Of a stretch of DNA of 64,000 nucleotides, positions 26,350-37,148 are shown in pieces. The notes beneath the pieces were generated by a model, which was not told the DNA's origin, made no database searches, and saw only the letters and a list, made by a program, of their open reading frames with translations. The position numbers and the translations under genes are program-made. Origin of the DNA: Vairimorpha necatrix (Eukaryota). The stretch lies in contig CP142729.1 of NCBI GenBank assembly GCA_036630325.1, positions 1,054,001 to 1,118,000 of the forward strand, in the 5' to 3' direction. Each line of letters opens with the position of its first letter. Positions within the stretch are counted from its first letter, which is position 1.

Positions 26350-27138
26350 TTTTTTTTTCTTGCAAGTAAAAGGTAGGAGAAACCTTACATGGGGACCAGA
26401 GGGATTTGGGTGTGATTCTCATCCAACTGGTACTGTGAGATTCTTACTCACTAAAACTCCCTCCATACAACTTGCCGGTGCAGCAAGCTCTGCCGTATTC
26501 ATTGGACTTTGGCTCCGGGAGAACACTTTCCATCTATACCTCAAATCGCGTCCAGAGTGACCTCACAGCGGATATACTTAACGGGCATGGTTATCTATAA
26601 CCCGAGGAGAGACATCATCGTACTGACTCAAAGGACCAAACAATCATCCGTATTGCACACACGGCTCCTTACACGACCACATCACCAGCCCGGCGTTTTT
26701 ATTGGGCTGCGTTGACCACCAGTCTCCCACTAGTTTCGGCACCGTGTTACAAAATCATGTAGGATAGGGACCACGAGACCTTCTATTGCCCTACTTCGTC
26801 TAGTCTCTTAGTTGGCTCCAGGATCCCACTCTAGAGTGCACCAGCCATGGGCTCCAACTAGGCCGTACCCATTAGATACTTTTATGTATCATTAAGTCAC
26901 CAAAGAGTGATACTGCTTTTTGGCCTTGAGGTGCGTTTCTACACTAGATGCTAATCCCCTTGTGGCTGGACACACACAAGTTTCATTGAATCAACTTAAT
27001 GATTATCGTGGACATTTTCATCATCTGAGTTGTTCCAACTGCATCATAGAAAGTAGAAACAATTTTGGTGCCCCTGGGAATCGAACCCAGCCATTGCTCA
27101 ATGGAAGCATTGCATTCAACCACTGTGCTAAGGGCACC
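26350..27138 (-). mobile_element. tRNA-derived SINE, best-preserved copy (~790 bp)
   Basis: tRNA-like head 27066-27138 with A box TAGCACAGTGG and B box GGTTCGATTCC; GC-rich body; A-tail at 26350; three other copies in the window. Confidence 0.9.
27066..27138 (-). ncRNA. tRNA-like cloverleaf / Pol III promoter heading the SINE (probably not a functional tRNA)
   Basis: Acceptor stem GGTGCCC/GGGCACC+A, T-stem CTGGG/CCCAG with TTCGATT loop, anticodon loop TCCATTG (C33 and T37 non-canonical). Confidence 0.8.
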
Positions 27139-28138
27139 TTAATTTTAATCCACTTCTTTTTCTATAATAGTGTTTTAAGTGGGACCGTAAATTTTCAATC
27201 TGATTTGTATGTCCTCCCTCGTTGTTTACAAACCCTATGCTATGATTTACTAACTCATGCTCAGATCCAAAATTGGCCACTGCTTTGGAGTATGATGTGT
27301 ATCCAACAGTAACAATAATAGTTCCAGGAAGTAAATGTTTTTTAAACGCTTCTAGTAAAGTTTCATGCTTTCTGTTAGGAATTAATGAAACAAAAAAATT
27401 AGTTCCATCACCTTCTACAACTCCTCCAAGTATCCACTGTATATTAGGAGTATCGTCGTGTAGAGATGACGGAATTTCAATCACTAAGCCATTGCATATT
27501 GCAGTTTCATCGACTTGTACCCTTGTGTTTTCTCCCCCTATCTGTTCTATATCGGAAGGAGTCTCGCTTATAATGTCAATTAGAATGTTTTAAAATTCAA
27601 TGTACGTGGACTCGGCTATTTTACAAAAATTGATAGCTTGATAATTTGAGTAAGAAAAGATCCAACAATATAAACACCTCAGAATCTTTTTGAATTCGAT
27701 AGTCAATTTATTAAATTTTGTGCTTTTTTCAAACTACATTTTCTTTTGCACTTTTTTATTTTACATCTGTACCCCTTCCCATCAATAAAGGAAGAAACAC
27801 TAGCAATTGACATGTTATCATGACATGATTTTGAGACACATGGAATGGTAGGCTTTATTATTCCCAATTCTACCAAAAGGGCAATTGCGAGATCATTATC
27901 TTGGAATATAGGATTCCAAGGATCGAGTTCTCCTACCTTTTCCAGTATTCTTCCTAACATGAAGGATAAGAAAAATGTGAAAGAAAAGTGAAAAAAATAC
28001 CATTGCTTTGAAAATCGCCCCCCCCCCCTAGAAAAAAAATATGCAAGAAAGTACAAAATCGAGAGGTTTTTTAATTTTAAAGAAATAAATTTTTTTTCTA
28101 TGCGCGTTTTACTAGGGGGCGATTTTCCTAGTAGCGCC
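27139..28138 (-). mobile_element. Merlin transposon, 3'-truncated at the SINE
   Basis: Terminus GGCGCTACTAGGAAAATCGCCCCC at 28138; transposase from ATG ~27960 reads VQVDETAI..QWILGGV..VNHSIGF..HTNQIEN with a frameshift and stop. Confidence 0.85.
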
Positions 28139-28760
28139 AAAACGACAATTATAGAAGTAATGTCCAAAGATAATAAGACAACATGGAAGAAATTGGGGCC
28201 AAGCACTTATAACAAAGTGGATAAGAGTGTTATCATTAAAGAAAAACTTATAAAGCCTCCATTGAAATGTACGATTTAATTAGTAAAGCTACTTGGATAA
28301 TTGGTGCAGTTGAAGAAAAAACCAGAAATCTAGTTCATAAAGTTTTATCCTAAATAAAAAAAAGAAACTTTCTTTGACTTTTCTCAAAAAATATTAATCC
28401 TAAGTCTGTAGTAAAAGCTGATGGGCACAGATCTTACCCATACGCTGTTGCTGGGATTGGTGGAGTACATGAAATTCTAATCATGAGGAAGAAGTTATTA
28501 TTGCTGATGGATACTACATTAATTCAATAGAGTTGAGAGTTTAATTGAAAACGGACATATAAACTAGGAAAGGAATGCCGTATCCAATGCCAGGGTATAT
28601 GGAAGAATATGTTTGGAGGGGGAGAAATATTAGACGCATGATTCTAAGGCTTATAAAGAAGCTTTTTGACTCTATTAAAGCTATTATATCAAAGATAATA
28701 ATCAAAAAAAAATTTAAAAGGATTCCAAACCCCCCACCCCCGGGAATAGGCCCTAAAGCC
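28139..28760 (+). mobile_element. Merlin transposon 3' remnant
   Basis: Degenerate VDKSVII..TWIIGAVEE..KADGHRSY..YMEEYVWR; candidate CC terminus at 28760. Confidence 0.7.
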
Positions 28761-29578
28761 GTATAGAAAGTAAACTAGTATTAAATTATATAGTTTTTAT
28801 GCATTTTCTGTTTAAAAGCATTTTAATGTGCCTCGTAGAACTTTATTCTGCAATATTTATTCTCTTTTTTATCAATACTTATTTGTTGTGGTGCACAATC
28901 TATAGTTTTCAAATCTCAAAAGCAAAAAAAAATATTTTTTAAGTTTTCAGTTAAATTGTATATACATATAAAATGTATTAAGTTATTTAGATTTAAATGT
29001 TTTCGTAGCAAATATACAAACAAAAATAATTTTTGATTATGTTGTTTATTGAATAAGACATTTAACATCGCTTGCGTCAAACCTTTACGTAATCTTCTGT
29101 TTCTGCTTAATAAATTATATTATAACTTAATTCTTCCTTTTAATTGCGTTATTTTTTATTTTGTAAGGTTATATAATACACGTAAAGATTATTAGGAGCT
29201 TTGGGCCACTGTGGTAAAAAGGGGCATTTAAGCAAATTTGTCATTTTTTCATCAATGATGAAACGTCTAGAGATAAGGCATATGAATAATTTTACAACAG
29301 CGATCGTGAAGAAGACTTTAAAGTGTTCAATATGCGATGCCGAAGCAAGAAAACCACAAAAAATAAGCTTCATTTCTATAAGTGTTTGGATAGCTTGTTT
29401 AATCAAAGTGCCATTCAAAAGATATGTGTTTGATTAAAAAAACAAGTGTTTTTTAAATTTTGTTAGTAATAAAACTATGGTCTGTAAAGTTAAACACCTC
29501 GCCATAAAAAAATCTCGTTTTGTTTATAAATAACAGACGTATGAGGGTGAATTGGGCCCTTAAATAGAAGTACTAACA

Positions 29579-32172
29579 CAGGGGTCGGCAACCTTTTGAA
29601 ATAAAGTATGAAATGTGCAATTTCAAAATCTTTAAACGAAAAACGGGCCCAAGCTCAAAAAATATTTAAGAAAATTAAAAAAAATGCTCTGGAAATCTTT
29701 TTAAAAAAAAAACAATTCGTAGCGAATAATACGATTATGATTTTTTTCAGTATTTTTTTGAAGATAGGCATCTTTAACAAGTAATAATTTTTTATATTAA
29801 AACGAAAATTATAATTGAATTTTTTTTTACAAGAGTTTTCTTAAGTGATTAAAAGAATCGAAAAAAAATAAATTTAATGGTTTTATATAGATTTAATAGT
29901 TATTGTTTTGACAAGAATGCGAAGCAAATTTCTTATTAATTACTCTGAAAAGAGGTTTAATTTGTTTTCGATTAATTCTCTAAAAAATATCAAAAAATAT
30001 ATCGTGTAGAGAAATACTAAGAAACAATACTTTTTAACGAGAAACTTGATTTTGCATGTCATCTGCAATTTGGTCATAATTTATGATATAAGATGAATTG
30101 GCAGCTCTTAAACAGTTTTCTTAAATTTTATCCGTAAGTTGTTGATGATTTGATTTTAAATACGTCATATTCGAAAAATGAGCTTCACAATTATTTGGTT
30201 CTAATATGAAAATATTTTGAGTGCACATTTTCTTAAAATAGGATAACTATTATCTGAAACCAACCAAAAGTCCTGTCTAAATAATGAGATTTTAGAAAAA
30301 TATCATTCTTCAAATTAATAATTTCGATTTTTACGTCGTCCATGTTAAATATATGAAAAAACTTAGAAATTTTTACTGGTAAATCAAAATCAAAAACATT
30401 AAAAGGATTAACAAAAAATGGAATTATTTCCTCTAATGATCGAAAATCATAAAATCTTTTAGAAAACTCAATCAGTAATAAATCTATTGCGCCTATGTAC
30501 GATGTAGGATCGAATCAAAAATACATAAATTAGTTTTTTATTATTAACTTAGTATTTTGAAAATGAGATAAGGATTTCTTCATTGAATGTATTTTAAAAA
30601 GTTCAACTTATTTGCAAAAGAATTAATTAAGCTTATCATATCTGCAATATTAGAATTCTTTTGTTGTAATTTTAAATTTAGTTTTTTAAATTTCATTGTG
30701 ATATCCGCTAAAAATCCAAAATCTAATAACCCACTTTTGTTTTCTAATTCTATATAAGTTTCATTTCTCATTGCAATAAATTCCTTTATTTGAAGTAAAA
30801 GCTTAATAAAGAGTTCAAGAACTTTGCCTCGACTAAGCCTTTTCACCTTTGTATGAAGAACTAAATCTTTAAAATTCTTTTTTTCAATTTAAAGCAAAAC
30901 AGCCTATGTGAGTTGCTTTGGCTCTTATCGAATTTATAATTCTAGTAACAATTAATAAAATATGATTAAATTTAACACTTTTTGGAAATAATATTTGTTG
31001 ATGAATTATACAGTGATATGAAATAAACTTTGGAAACAAAGAATCTTTTCTACATAAACCAATAAATCCGTTTTCTTTTCCGACCATTGCTCGTGCACCA
31101 TCGTAGTTATAAAAGAAAGTTTTTGAAGTGGTATATTTTTATCGACAATAAATTTTTTAAACAAAGAAAAAATGTCTTTTTGTTGTAAGAGCAGTTATAG
31201 GTAGAATTTTCAAGAATTTCTCTTTAGTTAAAAAGTCATCAAACACCGTTTTTTAGAAACAATTAGTTGTGCTGTGTCAAATACATCGGTAGATTTATCA
31301 AGCTGAAAAGGGAAATACATGCAATTTCTTAAGTCTTTATCTAATTATGATTCTAAATTATTAGCAATTAATTTTATTCTTCTTGATGCAGTTCTAGCTG
31401 ATACTGCAACATATTAATAGCTTTTAAAATTTTTGTCTTGTTACCATAATCTTAAAAAAAGAATCCACCGCTGTTATCATGGCCTCTTTTATAATTTCTG
31501 CATCAGTAAAGGGGGTTTTTCTTAACCAACAGATGCGCAACTTTTATTGAAGCTACAGTGGCCGTCTTCGAAAGCTCTTTTGGCTTTGTAAAATATCTCT
31601 GCTGTTTTAATTGCTGATTTTAAAGTATCAACTTACTTTTTCGCAGTTCGGACTTCAGTGGGTATTCAATATTTATACTTTCATGCAAACCATTAAAGTT
31701 CGTTCTAAATTATTTTTTTTGCAAATTGCAATGCTTTTGTTGCACAAAAAACAAACACACCTATCTTGAAATTCTATAAAGAATAAATCTTCTTCCCATG
31801 GATTATTGAATTAATAATTTCTTTTTTTTTTGAAGGTTCCATAAAGGGGCAAAAAATTTTATTGAATGTTGCGTTAGCATATTTTATGGCCTAATTATTG
31901 TCAAAATGAATTTTAAAGGATTTTTTAATTGGAATAAATAATTTTATTGTTATATCATCATATGTAAGAAAATTTTTGTTGAAAGGTCTTTTTGCGAAAC
32001 GGAAAGTACATCAGCTCCTTTTAATGTACACGCAATATTTAGCATTAAAAATGTAATTGACCAAATTTTTTTTAATAAAATAGAATATTAAATTTTTAAA
32101 GTTTTTTCTCAATGTGAAAAATAAATTCGGACGCACAAATTATTGAATAGGGCGCACCCGCGCCGACCCCTG
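29579..32172 (-). mobile_element. hAT DNA transposon (Buster/SPIN/GTF2IRD2-like), degenerate transposase ~30040-31842
   Basis: TIRs CAGGGGTCGGC at both ends; LDKSTDVFDTAQL, AMVGKENGFIG, YHCIIHQQ, LSRGKVL, FLADIT. No matching TSD. Confidence 0.88.
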
Positions 32173-33597
32173 GTCACGAGATTCTCGGCTTCTTCTTGTT
32201 CGAATTTCCTTTTGTCTAGACTCAAGGGTAATTTCGTTCACATACAACTTTAGGTACCGTTAGTGTATTTAGTGTTCCACTGTTGTTCTCGTTCCTTTGT
32301 GCTTAGATTCTCGTGTCTTATAATGGTCTATGAGCTTAGTAGTAAAGTTTGCTTCACTTTAGGGTTCTCATCAAAAGTTGATAGTTTAGTTCGCCTCGTG
32401 CTCAACGAAAAGTGGAGTTAATAATTTATTTTATATATCTATTGTCTGGCTTTATGATCTATTTTGACCCTGTGTATTATCATAAAGTCGCGGCATAAGA
32501 ATAATGCTATCATTCAGTGTTGGTATTACAAGCAATGTTATCTTGAATCGTTACCCACTGTTATTGCTTTTCGCTTCCAATGAATCGTTTATTACAGTAC
32601 TGTAAATTGCAGTTCAGAGTGTGAATCCTTTAACCTTACTTAGTTCCTCTCTGCTAACTAAGTTTTCAACAAAAAATGAGATAGATGCACCTGAATCATA
32701 AAGTTTCTGACTACGTCGCCAAAAAGATCCTTCGACCGTAGTGAAATTTGTGTATCTCAATATAGGTTCTGCTTCAACTAATGACACATTCTATCCTTCT
32801 TGTTTCTTGCAGTCCTTAAATAAGTGCTCACCTCTGAACTTGTAGCATACTAGCTTTCTTGGACTCTCATTCGTCCTTGTGGTATCTGTTCTTAAAGTCC
32901 TCATTTCATTTGGCCTACTTTGTTCAATTCACTGCTTTAAACTTTTGGATAAGTTTATGACTTCCCTCATAAATCTTTAAAAAAACGTCCCATGACGTTG
33001 CCTCTTCCATCTTTTCATTGAGTGATGGTAAAAAGGTCTATCCAGTTCCCTAATGATTCCCGACATGCTGATCATTGCTTTCTTGTTTAGCTTTACTAGG
33101 ATATAAATGAAGTCATCAATCCTCAAATCTTTGGGTCCGGGGTATAGTTTCTTGTAAAGCATTCTAGTATGGTTGGTTCCTTCCTGGAACTCTTCTTTCC
33201 CATACTTTCTTCCAAATATTTGTTTTTAATTTCATGGATTCTTTAACCTCGTCTTCAATCATTCTTCATACCTTCGGAGAGCTGATTCCCCTAGGTATCC
33301 CTATGTACAATTCAGTAATTTTATATCACTTCATTCTCCATCGAGGTATTTGAATTGAATAATTCGAATCCATGCATTCTTGCTTTGGGTTGCAATAAAT
33401 TTCACCATATGTTAGTCGATCTTCCTAACTTTTCTATTAGATGGCCCAATTCGTTAATTTCTAATAGTTGTGCCACTGTTACCTGAAGGAGAGCTGGTTA
33501 TTTAAGAAGGCATTAAATTTAAACTTGGGCTATATTTTATTAGAATATTTATTCTAGTAAAGATCATTTAAATAGTTTTAGTTTTGGATCTGTAACA
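32173..33597 (-). mobile_element. Truncated Ty3/Gypsy element (LTR-gag-protease), cut at the hAT
   Basis: LTR 33477-33597 (TGTTAC...GTAACA) followed by GTGGCACAAC; decayed knuckle CYKFRGEHLFKDC; protease YDSGAS. Confidence 0.7.
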
Positions 33598-33635
33598 AGT
33601 ATGTTTCAAATAATTATCTTTGTTTCAGAATATAG

Positions 33636-36600
33636 TTTGATATATTTGTATAATTTCTATCCCCCATTATGATAAATAAAGACATGGGGGCGATACCGAA
33701 TCGTCAATTTACAAGTGTGGACTGTGGTCTGAAGGCCAAAAAGCTATTAAAGGAAGTTAGAAGAATCATGTATAGGTTAGAGATGGAGGAAGTAGAATCC
33801 AGTTTGTGGAAACAGAGAATATTTATGGAAGGAAGTGAAGAAATAAAAAATTTCATGGTAGAAAGAATTAGTAAAGAGGACAAATATTATAAAATAATTG
33901 AGAAATTAGAGGAGGAAATATGTAGAGAAGAAAGAACTAAAAAAAAAGAAGAAGAAAATAGGAGAGAACTTATGGAGGTCATAGCCGAGAATGTTAGAGA
34001 AACTGTGAGAAAAGAAATTCAAGAGAAAGATTTAGTTTTAAGGAGTACAGTACAAGAAATAAGAAATAATAGGAATTGTTTTAATTGTGGTAAATTTGGC
34101 CATATGGCTAGGAACTGCTATGTAGGAAGGAACAATAATCAGGAAAATAATAAAAAGTTTAATAAGTACTAAAATTTAGACGAAAACCAAAGTTGTAGTA
34201 GCAGTAATGATAATAAATGATATAAACCAAGTGGAAAGACAAAATGAGTTAAGTTAAAGGAATGTAGTAATAGTGATAGAAGACAGAAAGAATATATGTT
34301 TGCAATAAAGAGACGAAAAGAAGATTACTCAAGAGGGAATTTACGTTGGAAGATCTAAAAGCGAAATATGAAGAAGTTTTTAAACAAGGAGATGAGGTTA
34401 TAAGTTATTGTACATTAGAGAAGTGTAAGAAAGATACTCCAGAGGGTAAGAAGATAGTCAGAAAGGGACAGACGATCCCACAGGCTTTTATAAAACAGAA
34501 AGAAGAATATAATCATGATTTAGAAAATAGAAAGATTATAAGAAGATCGTCATCTTAATTAACAAAACTCAATAAGAGCGATACTTAACCCCAAGGTATA
34601 GTAAGAGTAGTTAGTAACTTTATAAATTGAATGATTTAGTCGAGAAAGACCCGTATGAGCTAACGAATATGAGAGAAATAATAATAGCTACGCAAGGGTC
34701 GATAATATTTACTGTTGTTGATTGCAAAGAAGCATTTTACCATTTTGAAATCGAAGAAAAAGATAAACATAAGACGGCGTTTGAATTTAATAAAAAAGTT
34801 TACGAATGGAATAGTATGGTAATGGGATACAAAAATTCCCCACAGATACTACAGCGAACGATTAATAAGATTTTTGAGGATTTGCGAGGAAATGGTGTGG
34901 AGGTATTCATGGACGATATAGTAATACATGCTAACAATTAACGTAAACACGATATACTAGTTTTAGAGGTTTTAGAAAGAATTAGGAGATTAAATGAAAT
35001 TAAATAGTGGGAAAATACAGTTTAGACAAGCAGAAGTAAAACTATTAGTGTGACGCGGAATGGAACAGACATGACGGCCGACGAAATAAAAAAAATGATG
35101 CCTTGGAGTATCCAGATCCCAAAACTTTGACGGAATTGAGGAGATTCTAGGATTGACTGGATGGTTCAGACCATTTATGAAAGATTATGCCGGGTTGACG
35201 TTGAAAATGACAGATAGTTTGATGAAAAATGGCAATTTATGGAAATTAACGGAAGAGATGAAAGCGGAATTCACTGAAATGAAAAATGTGTTACGAAATA
35301 TGGGAAGATTAAGATTGCCGGACTATAATAAGGAGTTCATACTAAGAACAGACGCTAGCAATTTGAAATTGAGTGCGGTGTTACTTCAGAAGAATGAGAA
35401 TGGAGAATGGGTTGCTATACAATGGGCATCTAAAAAGTTAACACCGACAGAAGTAAGATATGGTACATCAGAAAAGGAAATGCTTGCGATATATTGGGCC
35501 ATTGATAAATTTAAATACGAGTTAAGAGGTAGGAAATTCAAGATATAAACGGATCACAAAGCACTGGTGGAGATAAGAAATAAACCGTTTTTTAATAATA
35601 ACAGAATAAATCGCTTAATCGAGAAGATACAGGAATATGATTTTATCGTGGAATATAAAAAACCTGATGAGATGATGGTAGCAGATGCGTTGAGTCGAAT
35701 AAATATGGAAGAGGATATTAAATAAATGAAAAATAAAGAGCGAACAATCAAGCAAACAGAAGGTAAATGGAAAGCAATATTGGCAATTTGACTCAGGACG
35801 TAAAGTTGAAATACCACCTGAGAATATAAGGAGACAATTAATCCAAGAATATCATGAAAAAGTAGGCCACAGATGCATGACAAGTGTTTATTATGCAATG
35901 AGAGAAGAATACTATTGGCCAGGAGTAAAAAAAGAAATAAACGAGGTTATAAAACAGTGTCAGAATTGTCAGATATATAACAGGAAAAATATGGGTGGTT
36001 GTGAATTTGTAGATACGTCGAGATACTTAGAGAAGGTTGCATTAGATTTGATAGACTTTAGAAATGAGAAGAAATATGTTTTAGTTGCTATCGATTATTT
36101 TACACGAAGAGTATGGGGAGTAGTTGTAAATAACAAGTCAAGTAATAATGTTGTTGGATTTTTAAAAAAATTATGTGAGCAAGGGAGGAAATCGGAAGAA
36201 ATTATTACAGATAACGGCAAAGAGTTTATTAACGTGGAATTTAGAAAATTTTGTAGAGATCTGGATATAATACACCGACAAGTAAGTATAGAAGCGCATA
36301 TAAGTAACGGAAGAGTAGGGCGTGTCATAGGAACTTTGAGAGAAAATATTTTAAAGTCGGATGCGAAAACCTTTGAATGTAAGTTGTATAAAAGTATCGA
36401 GATATATAATCAGAGCTATCATACAGGAATAAAATGTACACCAATAGAAGCGACTGAAGATAAAATTGGTGACGTAATGCTTGAAAATAGCCACATAAGG
36501 AAATATTGTAATAGGTTTAGAAAAAGGAAAAATTGAAAAATTTAGTAAAAGTCAATTGGTAAGAATAGCTAAACGAGAAAATTTGGCAGGTTTTAATAAG

Positions 36601-36822
36601 TATGAAAAACGAAAGATTTTTTGATACAGGGAATATTGTTGAAAAGTGTGGAAAAGATTCTTATATTGTAAAACTTAGTAATGGTAGGCTTGTGAAGAAG
36701 AGACATTATGACCCGAAGAGTATGCTTGGGGTAGATGTGAAAATTGGATGAGACTAACCGTCTTGAGGGGGGATGTGATATATTTGTATAATTTCTATCC
36801 CCCATTATGATAAATAAAGACA
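33636..36822 (+). mobile_element. Full-length Ty3/Gypsy element, 3187 bp, 49-bp LTRs, no protease; ORF disrupted
   Basis: LTRs 33636-33684 and 36774-36822 differ at 1 base; TSD tatag/tataa; PPT gagggggga; knuckle CFNCGKFGHMARNC; RT FMDD; RNase H TDAS; integrase ITDNGKEF. Confidence 0.93.
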
Positions 36823-37148
36823 TATAATTTAAGTTGGATTATTGGCGTAGACAACAAAGCCGGTAACAGAGTTTATGTTTTTTTCGTTATTTTTAATATA
36901 TAAATCAGAAGTTATGTGACATTTACATGCGTCATAAAAAATTATTCAAAAGAGCCGAAAGATAAAAATACTTTTTTTACTATAGTCTCGTTTCAATTCA
37001 CATTTATTATTATTTAGTAGCAATTAGGAGTTTGTTTTAAATATAAAGGGAATTCATGAATAAATATTAATGGTAAATAAAGTAAACAATGATCATAGAA
37101 TTCTTTTATTATAGATGATACTAAAAGTATTTTGGTATTGAATGTTTC

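Noticed and set aside
27066-27138. Functional tRNA-Met(CAT) gene
   Set aside because: Non-canonical anticodon loop, and it heads a multi-copy A-tailed element.
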